A DNA stretch of 64,000 nt from a bacterium. Lineage in GTDB: Bacteria; UBA8248; JACPRG01; G963555815. The position numbers were made by a program, and so were the translations under genes. The stretch spans positions 416,001-480,000 of the forward strand of contig CAUVWX020000001.1 in NCBI GenBank assembly GCA_963555815.3, given 5' to 3'. The notes beneath the pieces are model-generated. The model was given only the letters and a program-made list of their open reading frames with translations. It was not told the origin of the DNA and searched no databases. Shown piece by piece: positions 56,237 through 64,000 of the stretch; the stretch's first letter is position 1, and each line of letters starts with the position of its first letter.

Positions 56237-58114
56237 ATGCGAAAGCAGTGGGGGGAAATTTTCAGGGACTCTCTCATCCTTCGCTGGGGCCTCTTGGCCT
56301 TCGCTTGGCTGGGGAGTGATCCCCAGAAAGAGGTCCCCGGCCGGTGGTCTTCCTTAACCGCGGGGAGCGGCCTGGTGAAGGCCCTCAGGCGTGCGAGCAG
56401 GGGGGCGCTCGGCGCCCTGGCGTCCCTGTGGCGGGGAAGCTTCTTATACAGCGGAATCTCCCAGCTTCAAGAGAACTTTAGGTATTCCCCACAGCGGACA
56501 GTCGGTGCCCTCTTAATGGGACTTCTCATCGGAAACCTCATCCTTGCGATCTCCCTTGGCGGGGACCTCAATGCCGACGGTATCGTTTTGAGGGCTCTCC
56601 TTTGGGTGGTTGCAGCCCTTGCCCTTTGGGGCCCCGAGGGGGGGCTTCAGCGTTTTTGGGAGGCAAGCACCCTGGCGAGACTGTGGAGGGCCCGTCGGGG
56701 GCCTCGCGCCGACGGGCCCTCTGTTGTGGCGAACGCTCAGCCTCCCCTGGCCCTTGCTCTAGGCGGAGGGATTCTCCTTGGGGTGGGTTGGTTCGGATCT
56801 TCGGGCGGTTTCTTTCTGGCGTTGGTCATCGCTGGGGTAACGCTGGCACTTCGGCGGGTGAGCTCTCAACGAGATGGACTCTTTCTGTCACGCCTTTTTC
56901 TCGGGGCTGTCCTCCTTCGACTGGGGATTCTGGCCCTGGTCCAAGCGGGGCTCTTGACCAAAGGAATCTACTACGACCACCACGCCCTGGACAACTATGA
57001 CCTGCACATTCCCATGGTCTTTGGCGACGGGGGCTACTTCACGGCCAAGGCCTGGAGCATGGCCCAGATCTGGCGGGGGGGCGAGGTCTGGCCCCACGCC
57101 ATCTATGAGCTCCGGCAGGATTACGGGAGCACAGGTTACCTCCTCTTTCCCGCCCTCTACTTCTACTTTTTCGGCCCCGATGCCGTCCTCTCCGTTAGAT
57201 TCATCAACCCCATCCTGGGAGGTGCCCTTCCTCTTCTCGCCTTCGGTATGGGCCGGGATCTCTTTGGCCATAGGGCGGCGCGGGTGGCGGGTGTCCTGAC
57301 GGCCTGCTTTCCCTCCCTCATCCTCTGGACGTTGGATTCCCTCAAGGACCCCCTCTTCACAGCCCTCACCCTGGCGAGTGTCTGGGCCACGGTCCGCTAT
57401 TTTCTCTACGGTCGGTGGGGACAACTGGCCTTAGGGGCCCTTGCCGCTGTCGCGGCCCTGTCGATCCGTTTTCCATTTGGAGCGGTGCCGATCCTCGTCG
57501 TGGCCCTAGGCTTTCTCTTCCTTCTATGGCGTTTCCTAATAAGAAAGTCCCGTCTTGTCGCCCTGGCTCTGGTCGGGGTCCTGGCCGTGGGGATCGCAAG
57601 CCCACAGGCCCGTCAGCTGGCCGGACGAGCGCTCTTCTGGACCTTCACCGTGCAAAGAGGGACGACCACGGGAGAGGCGGGCCATTTCTACGAGATCTGG
57701 GATCGAAGGCTTTACGGGCACTCGGAGCCAGAGACCTTCGCGAGGGATATTGACGCCGGGGACGTCATCCGGGCGGTGGGCCTTGGCCATTATCATTTTT
57801 GGTTGGAGCCAAGGTTCTGGGATATTCCCTCTCTCTCATTCCTTCCTACGGTTCCACAAATGCTCCTCTGGATCCTCAGCTTCCCCCTCGGCCTGGCGGG
57901 ATTGTGGCTGCTGCGGCGTCGCCGGGGGGACCTCTTCGTCGTCTTCTGCTTTCTTCTCATCACCAGTACGACCATCGCCATGGTCGGCGGTAATACGGGC
58001 ACCGTATTCCGCCTCCGAGACCTGTTGACGCCAGTCTGGCTAGTCCTGGCAGGGGGAAGTTTCGCCTTCTACTTCCTCCCCCCATCGCCTGAACCTGAGG
58101 AGAGGGTCATCTGA
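56237..58114 (+). CDS. Multi-pass membrane protein, probable GT-C glycosyltransferase/polymerase
   Basis: Many TM segments; GD..Y, FPSLILW....LKD, GNTGT.FRLR. Confidence 0.65.
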   Translation: MRKQWGEIFRDSLILRWGLLAFAWLGSDPQKEVPGRWSSLTAGSGLVKALRRASRGALGALASLWRGSFLYSGISQLQENFRYSPQRTVGALLMGLLIGNLILAISLGGDLNADGIVLRALLWVVAALALWGPEGGLQRFWEASTLARLWRARRGPRADGPSVVANAQPPLALALGGGILLGVGWFGSSGGFFLALVIAGVTLALRRVSSQRDGLFLSRLFLGAVLLRLGILALVQAGLLTKGIYYDHHALDNYDLHIPMVFGDGGYFTAKAWSMAQIWRGGEVWPHAIYELRQDYGSTGYLLFPALYFYFFGPDAVLSVRFINPILGGALPLLAFGMGRDLFGHRAARVAGVLTACFPSLILWTLDSLKDPLFTALTLASVWATVRYFLYGRWGQLALGALAAVAALSIRFPFGAVPILVVALGFLFLLWRFLIRKSRLVALALVGVLAVGIASPQARQLAGRALFWTFTVQRGTTTGEAGHFYEIWDRRLYGHSEPETFARDIDAGDVIRAVGLGHYHFWLEPRFWDIPSLSFLPTVPQMLLWILSFPLGLAGLWLLRRRRGDLFVVFCFLLITSTTIAMVGGNTGTVFRLRDLLTPVWLVLAGGSFAFYFLPPSPEPEERVI

Positions 58115-58179
58115 GGGAAGCCCGTCTCTCTCAGCGCGGGTCCCTCGCGCCCTCAGACTGCCCCTCAGGGCCTTTAGCC

Positions 58180-59373
58180 TTGTCTCCCTCGCCAAAGGTT
58201 CTCTTCCTTTCCTATAACGGGATCTCAGAACCCCTCATGCAATCTCAGGGCCTTCCCTACCTTCGCGGCCTTGCCCGGATGGGGGCAAAGGTCTGGCTCC
58301 TCACGTTCGAAAAAGGCTCAAAGGATGGCAAGCGCCGGCAACAGCGCGCGGGGCTGGCCCAAGAGGGGATCCATTGGAGGTGGCTCAGATACCACAAGAC
58401 CCCTCCCCTGGCCGCCACGCTCTATGACATCCTTCGAGGGGCCCTTTTGGCCGCCTGGGTCACCTGGCGGGAGGGTATTCAGGTGATCGAGGCTCGAGGC
58501 ACATTGCCCGCCGCCATGGGGTACGGCGTGGCACGGGCCCTTCGGCGTTCCTTTCTCTTCAACGCGCGAGCCCTGCTGGCCGAGGAGTATGCGGACGCCG
58601 GGAGGTGGTCGCGGCGGTCGCTTCGATTTCGGGTGATCTCGTGGCTGGAGAGGCGCTGTCTGGCGCGGGCCGAGGCCGTCATCGTCCTGACGGAGGCCCT
58701 CAGGCACCTTCTGGCCTCTGGGGATTTCCTCTCGCCTCCCCGCGAGGAGGGGGTCACGGTCATCCCGTGCTGTGTAGACCTTCAGAAGTTCTCCCCAGAG
58801 TCAACGCCCCCTGGCCCCGGCCCCATCTTTGTCTACGCCGGCTCTCTCGGAGGGTACTATCTCACAGAGGAACTGGTGGCCTTCTTCCGGTCCGCGTTAA
58901 ACGTTTTTGCCCAGGCCCGCCTTCTCCTCCTCTCCAACGGCTATGACGATCTCGCCCGCGAGGCTGTCAGCAGCGCCGGGGTCCCTGCCGATCGGGTCGA
59001 GGTCCGAAGTGTCTCCCATGAGGCCATCCCCGGCTATCTGAGGCGCGCCGACGTGGGACTCATCTTCGCCCGACCCTCCTTCGCCCGCATCGGAATGTCT
59101 CCCACCAAGCTGGCGGAATACCTGGCCTGTGGGCTCCCCGTCGTCGTCACCCCCGGGATCGGAGATACGGAAGAGGTGGTTCGAGGAAAAAGGGTGGGGG
59201 TCGTTCTCCCTGCGCTGGATGAGGCGGGGTTTCTCCAGGCCGCCGAGGAGATCCGAAATTTACTGGCAGAGGGGGACACCCTCACGCACCGATGCCGCAA
59301 GGTGGCCGAAGAATTTGGACTGGAGACGGGTCTGACCCGCTATCGGGAGGTCTACCGGCACTTGGGGTTCTGA
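58180..59373 (+). CDS. GT4 glycosyltransferase
   Basis: EPL.QSQ.LPYL, IPCCVD, YAGSLG, SPTKLAEYLACGLPV. Confidence 0.87.
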   Translation: MSPSPKVLFLSYNGISEPLMQSQGLPYLRGLARMGAKVWLLTFEKGSKDGKRRQQRAGLAQEGIHWRWLRYHKTPPLAATLYDILRGALLAAWVTWREGIQVIEARGTLPAAMGYGVARALRRSFLFNARALLAEEYADAGRWSRRSLRFRVISWLERRCLARAEAVIVLTEALRHLLASGDFLSPPREEGVTVIPCCVDLQKFSPESTPPGPGPIFVYAGSLGGYYLTEELVAFFRSALNVFAQARLLLLSNGYDDLAREAVSSAGVPADRVEVRSVSHEAIPGYLRRADVGLIFARPSFARIGMSPTKLAEYLACGLPVVVTPGIGDTEEVVRGKRVGVVLPALDEAGFLQAAEEIRNLLAEGDTLTHRCRKVAEEFGLETGLTRYREVYRHLGF

Positions 59374-60554
59374 GATACAGCCAGATTCTCACCTCCCAGC
59401 TCCTCCAGGATAAAACACTTGAGATACTGGGACTCGGGGAAGGTCAAGGAGATGGGATGGTCCCTCGCCTGGGTCCTCTGCTCGACGAGGCGAAATCCTT
59501 TTCCCGAATCCCCGGCCGCCTCCACCAGAAGGGACCGAAAATTCTCGACCGTGAGGTGATAGGAACAAGAGGAGGTGATGAGCCTTCCTCCGGGAGAAAG
59601 GCACTTCATGGCCCTCAGGTTGATCTCTTTGTAGCCGCGAAGGGCCTGGGCCAAAGACGCCCGGCTCTTGGCAAAAGCGGGGGGGTCGAGGACGATGGTG
59701 TCGAAATGTTCGCCCCGGCGGTCAAGCTCCCTCAGGTAGTCGAACGTGTTTTGGACCTCGATCCGAAGTTTTAGCCCGTTCAGATCCGCGTTGGCCCTGG
59801 CGACCTCCGCCGAGGCGGCCGAAATTTCCACTCCGACCACTTCCTGGGCTTCCTGCTCCATGTGGAGGCCAAATCCACCGTGATAGCAGAAGGCGTCAAG
59901 GACCCGCCCTCTGGCGCAGCGCCCCGCGGTTAGGCGGTTCTCCCGCTGGTCCAAAAAGGCCCCGGTTTTTTGAGCGCTGCGGAGGGAAATTCGATACCGG
60001 ACCGGCCCCTCCTCCACTTCAACGACATCGGGGACCTGTCCCTCGACCACTCGGACCTCCAGGGGAAGACCCTCCAGGGCCCGCACCTTCATATCGTTCT
60101 TGGCGAGGACCCCCTGGAAAGAGATTCCCTCAGAGAGCAATGAGAGCCATTCCGAAAAATTCTGGTCTGCGGCAGCCGTGAGAGTCTGAACCACCAAGAT
60201 GTCCCCGTAGAGGTCGGCGATGAGGCCCGGTATGCCATCGGCCTCTGAATAGATGAGGCGGTAGGCGGTGGTCCCTGAGACCACTTGACGCCGATGCAAG
60301 AGGGCGCGCTCGACCTTATCCCGCCAGAAGGTCCGATCGACGGCGACATCCTCTCGTGTCACGACGCGAAGGGAAATCTGAGATTCAGGATTGAAGAAGG
60401 CCTGGCCTTGAAATCGTCCCCGGCCGTCGAGGAGGCGGACAAGGGACCCGGTCTGAGCGTCCTCCACCGCCAGGATATCGCTCCGGAAAACCCAGGGGTG
60501 GCCCCCGCGAAGGCGTTTTAGGGCCCTGCTGTTTAGGGTCGCCCGAGGGTTCAT
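59352..60554 (-). CDS. RlmI-like class I SAM-dependent rRNA methyltransferase (PUA domain)
   Basis: GHPWVF, SEADG.PGL..D, QKTG.FLDQRENR, LDPPAF, SCS, YLK. Confidence 0.88.
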   Translation of the reverse strand: MNPRATLNSRALKRLRGGHPWVFRSDILAVEDAQTGSLVRLLDGRGRFQGQAFFNPESQISLRVVTREDVAVDRTFWRDKVERALLHRRQVVSGTTAYRLIYSEADGIPGLIADLYGDILVVQTLTAAADQNFSEWLSLLSEGISFQGVLAKNDMKVRALEGLPLEVRVVEGQVPDVVEVEEGPVRYRISLRSAQKTGAFLDQRENRLTAGRCARGRVLDAFCYHGGFGLHMEQEAQEVVGVEISAASAEVARANADLNGLKLRIEVQNTFDYLRELDRRGEHFDTIVLDPPAFAKSRASLAQALRGYKEINLRAMKCLSPGGRLITSSCSYHLTVENFRSLLVEAAGDSGKGFRLVEQRTQARDHPISLTFPESQYLKCFILEELGGENLAVSQNPKCR

Positions 60555-61963
60555 GATGATTGGGAGAGGGGAACGGCTTTCTTTTGTGGCGCCGCCACCG
60601 CTCCTTGGGGGCTCTCCGAAAAAGGGAAGAAGAGGACCTCTTGGATGCTGGGGCGATCGGCAAGGAGCATCACAACCCGGTCTGCCCCCATGGCGACCCC
60701 GGCCGCCGGGGGGATCCCGGCCTCCATGGCGGCCAGCAGGGCCTCATCCAGAGGGACCTGGCGGTCTCTTAAACCTGCCGATCTGCGCTGGGCCTCTTGC
60801 CAGCGGGCCCTCTGCTCCTGCGGGTCATTGAGCTCGGTGTAGCCGTTGGCCACCTCCAGGCCTGCAATATAAACCTCAAACCGCTCGGCCACCCGGGGAC
60901 AAGAATGCTTGCGCTTCGCCAGCATCGCCAGGGGACAGGGGTAATCATAAAGGAGGGTGGGCCGGCCCTGACCCAGGCGGGGCTCAACAAACTGGAGAGA
61001 CACCTTGAAGAAGAGATCCTCCCAGGTATCGTCCAACGCCACGTGGACCCCCCGGGAGGCGGCGGCCTCAGCCAGACGCCCTCGCTCTCCGCATCTCTCG
61101 AGATCAATCTCCGCATAGCGCAGGAAGGCCTCATCCACTGAAAGGCGCTCGAAAGCCGAGAGGTCCACCTCCTTACCCTGGTACTTAAAACGTTTTTGAC
61201 CCAGGACCTCCTGGCAGATGTTCTGCAAAAGGGTCTCCGTCGTTCTCATGGCCTCTTCGTAATCCTCATAGGCTTCATACCACTCGAGGCCCGTGAACTC
61301 AGGGTTGTGAAGGGGTGAGCACTCTGCGTTCCTAAAGAATTTCGAGACCTGGTAGATGCGCTCATAGCCCGCCCCAAGGAGCCTTTTCATGGGGAATTCG
61401 GGCGAGGTGGGGAGACAGCACGTTCGCCTCCCTGACGGGTGCCAATACTCAGTGAAAAAGGGGTGGAGGTGGGGGCTTGGATCTCCTGCCTCCTGGAGGA
61501 GGGGGGTCTCCACCTCGAGAAATCCCCGGGCGTCGAAGAAACTCCGGACTGCCCGAAGGACGGCCGCCCGACGACCCATCACAGCAGGTTCCGGCAGAAG
61601 GTTTGCCCCATCTAGAGGACGAAGGGCCTTGGCGAGGAGGGCGACTTCTTGGGTGCAGTACCCTTCTCCCCTTCGCACCACCTGAACCTCCACCAGATCC
61701 CCAAGGTCCAAGAGGTCCAAAATCTCCAATCCTTCAGAGCGGTCCCCCGCCTCGACATGACAAGCCAGGGTCCCCGACATGTCCTGAACCTCAAGACACC
61801 CCTTTCTCTCTGATTCAAGTTTCACCAGGCGGCCAGCCACCCAGGCGGACGCGGCCCCTTTCTCCTTGAGCTGGCCGATGGGCGTCTTCTTGTGACAGCG
61901 GGCCGGGTAGGGATCGAAACCCCTTTCGCGAACTCGTTTCAGCCGATCGTGTCTTGGATTCAC
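60551..61963 (-). CDS. epmA: EF-P lysine aminoacylase EpmA/GenX-like with N-terminal LysRS-type domain
   Basis: TSPEFPMKRLL, FRN.E...HNPEFT.LEWY, ERFEVY..G.E.ANG..EL.D, GVAMG.DR. Confidence 0.8.
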   Translation of the reverse strand: MNPRHDRLKRVRERGFDPYPARCHKKTPIGQLKEKGAASAWVAGRLVKLESERKGCLEVQDMSGTLACHVEAGDRSEGLEILDLLDLGDLVEVQVVRRGEGYCTQEVALLAKALRPLDGANLLPEPAVMGRRAAVLRAVRSFFDARGFLEVETPLLQEAGDPSPHLHPFFTEYWHPSGRRTCCLPTSPEFPMKRLLGAGYERIYQVSKFFRNAECSPLHNPEFTGLEWYEAYEDYEEAMRTTETLLQNICQEVLGQKRFKYQGKEVDLSAFERLSVDEAFLRYAEIDLERCGERGRLAEAAASRGVHVALDDTWEDLFFKVSLQFVEPRLGQGRPTLLYDYPCPLAMLAKRKHSCPRVAERFEVYIAGLEVANGYTELNDPQEQRARWQEAQRRSAGLRDRQVPLDEALLAAMEAGIPPAAGVAMGADRVVMLLADRPSIQEVLFFPFSESPQGAVAAPQKKAVPLSQSS

Positions 61964-62148
61964 GTCAAACCCCTTGATGGAGATCCACTTTCACGGGCGG
62001 GAATCCCCGCAAGCCTTCGAAGCGGCAACATCTTTTTTGTTTATTATATCCCCACAATGGCAGCAGGGACACGGGAGCAAAGAACTTGTGAAACCCTCGT
62101 TGACTTGGAGTTTTCTCTCCCCTAACCTCCGAGACTTGAGGAGAACCG

Positions 62149-64000
62149 ATGAAGGTCTCTTGGACACAGAATCCCAAAACCTTCTCTGGCGCTTTCTGTC
62201 CCCGGCTGGGGGGCGCATCCCCTATTGCTCTCCTCACTCTCCTGGTTGGGGTGTGGGTCTCAGGGGTAATCATACCCCGATTCGCGACGGCCCAAGAGTT
62301 TGCGTCTCCGCCTGGCCACAGCGTTGAGGCCCCCGGCGGAAGGCACTCTCTCCCGATCGAATTCGCCAGCGCCTGGGAGTCCTTGAGGGCGCGAAAATTT
62401 CGTGAGGCCGCCCTCTCCATGGAAGAGACCCTTCGAGAAGGGGTCCTCACTGCGCCCTGGGACGGAAGGGCGAAACTCCTCCTCGGCTATGCCTGGTGGC
62501 GGGCCGGAGAGTCTGCTCAGGCCCTTGATTTCCTTGACCGCCCACAGGAGGTGGACCCACTCCTCATCCCCTATGCCGATTACTATCGAGCGAAGGCCCT
62601 CTTTGATCTCGAAGATTTTGTGTCCTCGGCGGACGCCTTTCAGGCCCTCTGGCGAGACGACCCCAATGGCCGTCTCGCGGCCGAGGCAGCCTCCCTGGCT
62701 GGAGAAGCCCTCCAGCATTCCGGGGACTGTTTAGGCGCTGAGGAACTATGGGAGAATTATCTCCAGCAATTCCCAAACCACGGGGGGGTCCCCCGCGCCC
62801 TCCTCCTTTGGGGAGGTTGTCGAGAGCGTCTAGACGACTCCGCGGGGGCTGTCCGGCTGTACCAGAGGATCTGGCTCTCGCACCCCTTGAGCGACGAGAG
62901 TCGGGAAGCCGGGGCCCGGCTCGAATCTCTTCGCTCGAAGGGAGTCCCCATCCCAGAGGCGTCCCTCGAGGCCCTTTTGGAGAGGGTCAAAAACCTCCAG
63001 AAGGCCCGAAGGCTGAGGGAGGCCCTAAAGGAGTGGGGGGATCTCCTCACGGGGGAGATCCCCCCGGAGACTCGTTTTCTCGCCCGCTTCCGGTCGGGCC
63101 TGAACCACTTCTATCTCCGAAACCACTCAGGGGCTGAGGACCACCTCAATTGGGTCATCCAACAGGGAGACCCTGAAAATCCTCCCTCCGGCGTCCAGCA
63201 CGCTCGATACCTCCTCGCGAGGATGCGGCTTCGTGAGGGTGACCAACAGGACTTCTTCTCGACTGCCGAGGACCTGATAAAGCGCCAGCCCCGGGGGCCT
63301 TGGGCGCGCCGGACGATCTTCCTCATGGCCCGCGTAGATGAGGATGGGAATCGTCCGGCCAAGGCCCTCGGTCACTACAGGAGATTGGTCCGGGAGCACT
63401 CAGGCACCAAAGAGGCGGATCAGGCCCTCTGGCGGATGGGCTGGCTGGATTTTCGGGCCGGGAGATGGGGCGAGGCGAGGTCCCACTTTGAGGGCCTGGC
63501 CCAAGAGCGACCCGACAGCCCCCTCATTCAGTCGGCCCTATACTGGGCGGCTCGAAGCGCCGAGGCCATGGGAGACAGGCAAGAAGCCCTTGAACACTAT
63601 CGTCAGGCCGCCCTGGCTGGCCGCAGGAGCTACTATGGACAGATTGCCCTGGCCCGCTTGGGCGAAGAATTTTCTGTCTCATTGACACCTGTTCTGTCGA
63701 AGTGGCCTTATGGAGAGCCACCTGTCCTTGCCGAGCCCGAGCGTCTCACGCTTCAAAGAGCGGACGAGCTTTTTGTGACAGGTCTTTTCTCTGACAGCGC
63801 TCGAGAGCTGGACAGGTTCAGTCATCCCTACTTCATCTACCAGCAAGCAAGGGCGCACCGCATGGCCGGGGATATTCATGAGGCCTCCCGGCTTCTGAGG
63901 AGCAACGGGGCCTTCTCGCCCTTTTTGACGGGAGGGGCTCCAAAAGAGTTCCGGGAAATGGCCTTCCCGCTTCCTCCCCCCACGGGCGAGGCGGAACCTG
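62149..64000 (+). CDS. TPR-rich exported protein, probable Slt-type lytic transglycosylase N-terminal region; 3'-truncated
   Basis: Frame appears open from ATG 62149 (GAGGAG RBS) to the window end and is absent from the ORF track; hydrophobic signal, TPR-like helices (ALWRMGW, ALYWAAR, SYYG.LA), ends near MAFP; catalytic domain not visible. Confidence 0.7.
   Translation, partial: MKVSWTQNPKTFSGAFCPRLGGASPIALLTLLVGVWVSGVIIPRFATAQEFASPPGHSVEAPGGRHSLPIEFASAWESLRARKFREAALSMEETLREGVLTAPWDGRAKLLLGYAWWRAGESAQALDFLDRPQEVDPLLIPYADYYRAKALFDLEDFVSSADAFQALWRDDPNGRLAAEAASLAGEALQHSGDCLGAEELWENYLQQFPNHGGVPRALLLWGGCRERLDDSAGAVRLYQRIWLSHPLSDESREAGARLESLRSKGVPIPEASLEALLERVKNLQKARRLREALKEWGDLLTGEIPPETRFLARFRSGLNHFYLRNHSGAEDHLNWVIQQGDPENPPSGVQHARYLLARMRLREGDQQDFFSTAEDLIKRQPRGPWARRTIFLMARVDEDGNRPAKALGHYRRLVREHSGTKEADQALWRMGWLDFRAGRWGEARSHFEGLAQERPDSPLIQSALYWAARSAEAMGDRQEALEHYRQAALAGRRSYYGQIALARLGEEFSVSLTPVLSKWPYGEPPVLAEPERLTLQRADELFVTGLFSDSARELDRFSHPYFIYQQARAHRMAGDIHEASRLLRSNGAFSPFLTGGAPKEFREMAFPLPPPTGEAEP

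Noticed and set aside
61965..63879. Many short ORFs at the window end
   Set aside because: Explained by one long plus-strand frame from 62149 that has no stop in the window
1..64000. CRISPR arrays, transposases, integrases, rRNA and tRNA genes
   Set aside because: None seen; intergenic gaps are short and lack repeat-spacer or cloverleaf patterns

Overview
64 kb of high-GC chromosome from a Gram-negative (LPS-producing) bacterium. A Nitrospinota/deltaproteobacteria-like affiliation is only a guess from gene style. Layout: (1) 1-16470, LPS lipid A/core operon (lpxL-like, waaF, split hldA/hldC, waaC, epimerase, Trm112, GTs, msbA, carbamoyltransferase, cyclase-family hydrolase, O-antigen ligase-like). 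(2) 16.6-23.6 kb, a self-contained two-gene unit: a 1536-aa six-cupredoxin MnxG-like multicopper oxidase plus a ~700-aa lipoprotein of no family I recognise, with its own promoter, hairpin-rich leader and terminator-like hairpin. (3) degP-like protease, ruvCAB, DUF2905, SpoIID/LytB. (4) A minus-strand heat-shock run, clpB-dnaK-dnaJ-hspR-htpX-grpE-dnaJ-pgsA-like-DUF1844-rpoZ-IHF, with a HAIR-like operator. (5) rimI and an MFS transporter. (6) 42.3-59.4 kb, a surface-glycan cluster with a radical SAM enzyme, an apparently inactive NeuB, intact and degenerate NeuA copies, a divergent WaaA, AsnB, a LegB-like enzyme and two GT2/GT-C pairs. (7) An RlmI-like methylase, an EpmA that retains a LysRS-type N-terminal domain, and a truncated TPR/Slt-like gene. 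I found no rRNA, tRNA, CRISPR array or mobile element. All calls come from reading motifs by eye; no searches were run.
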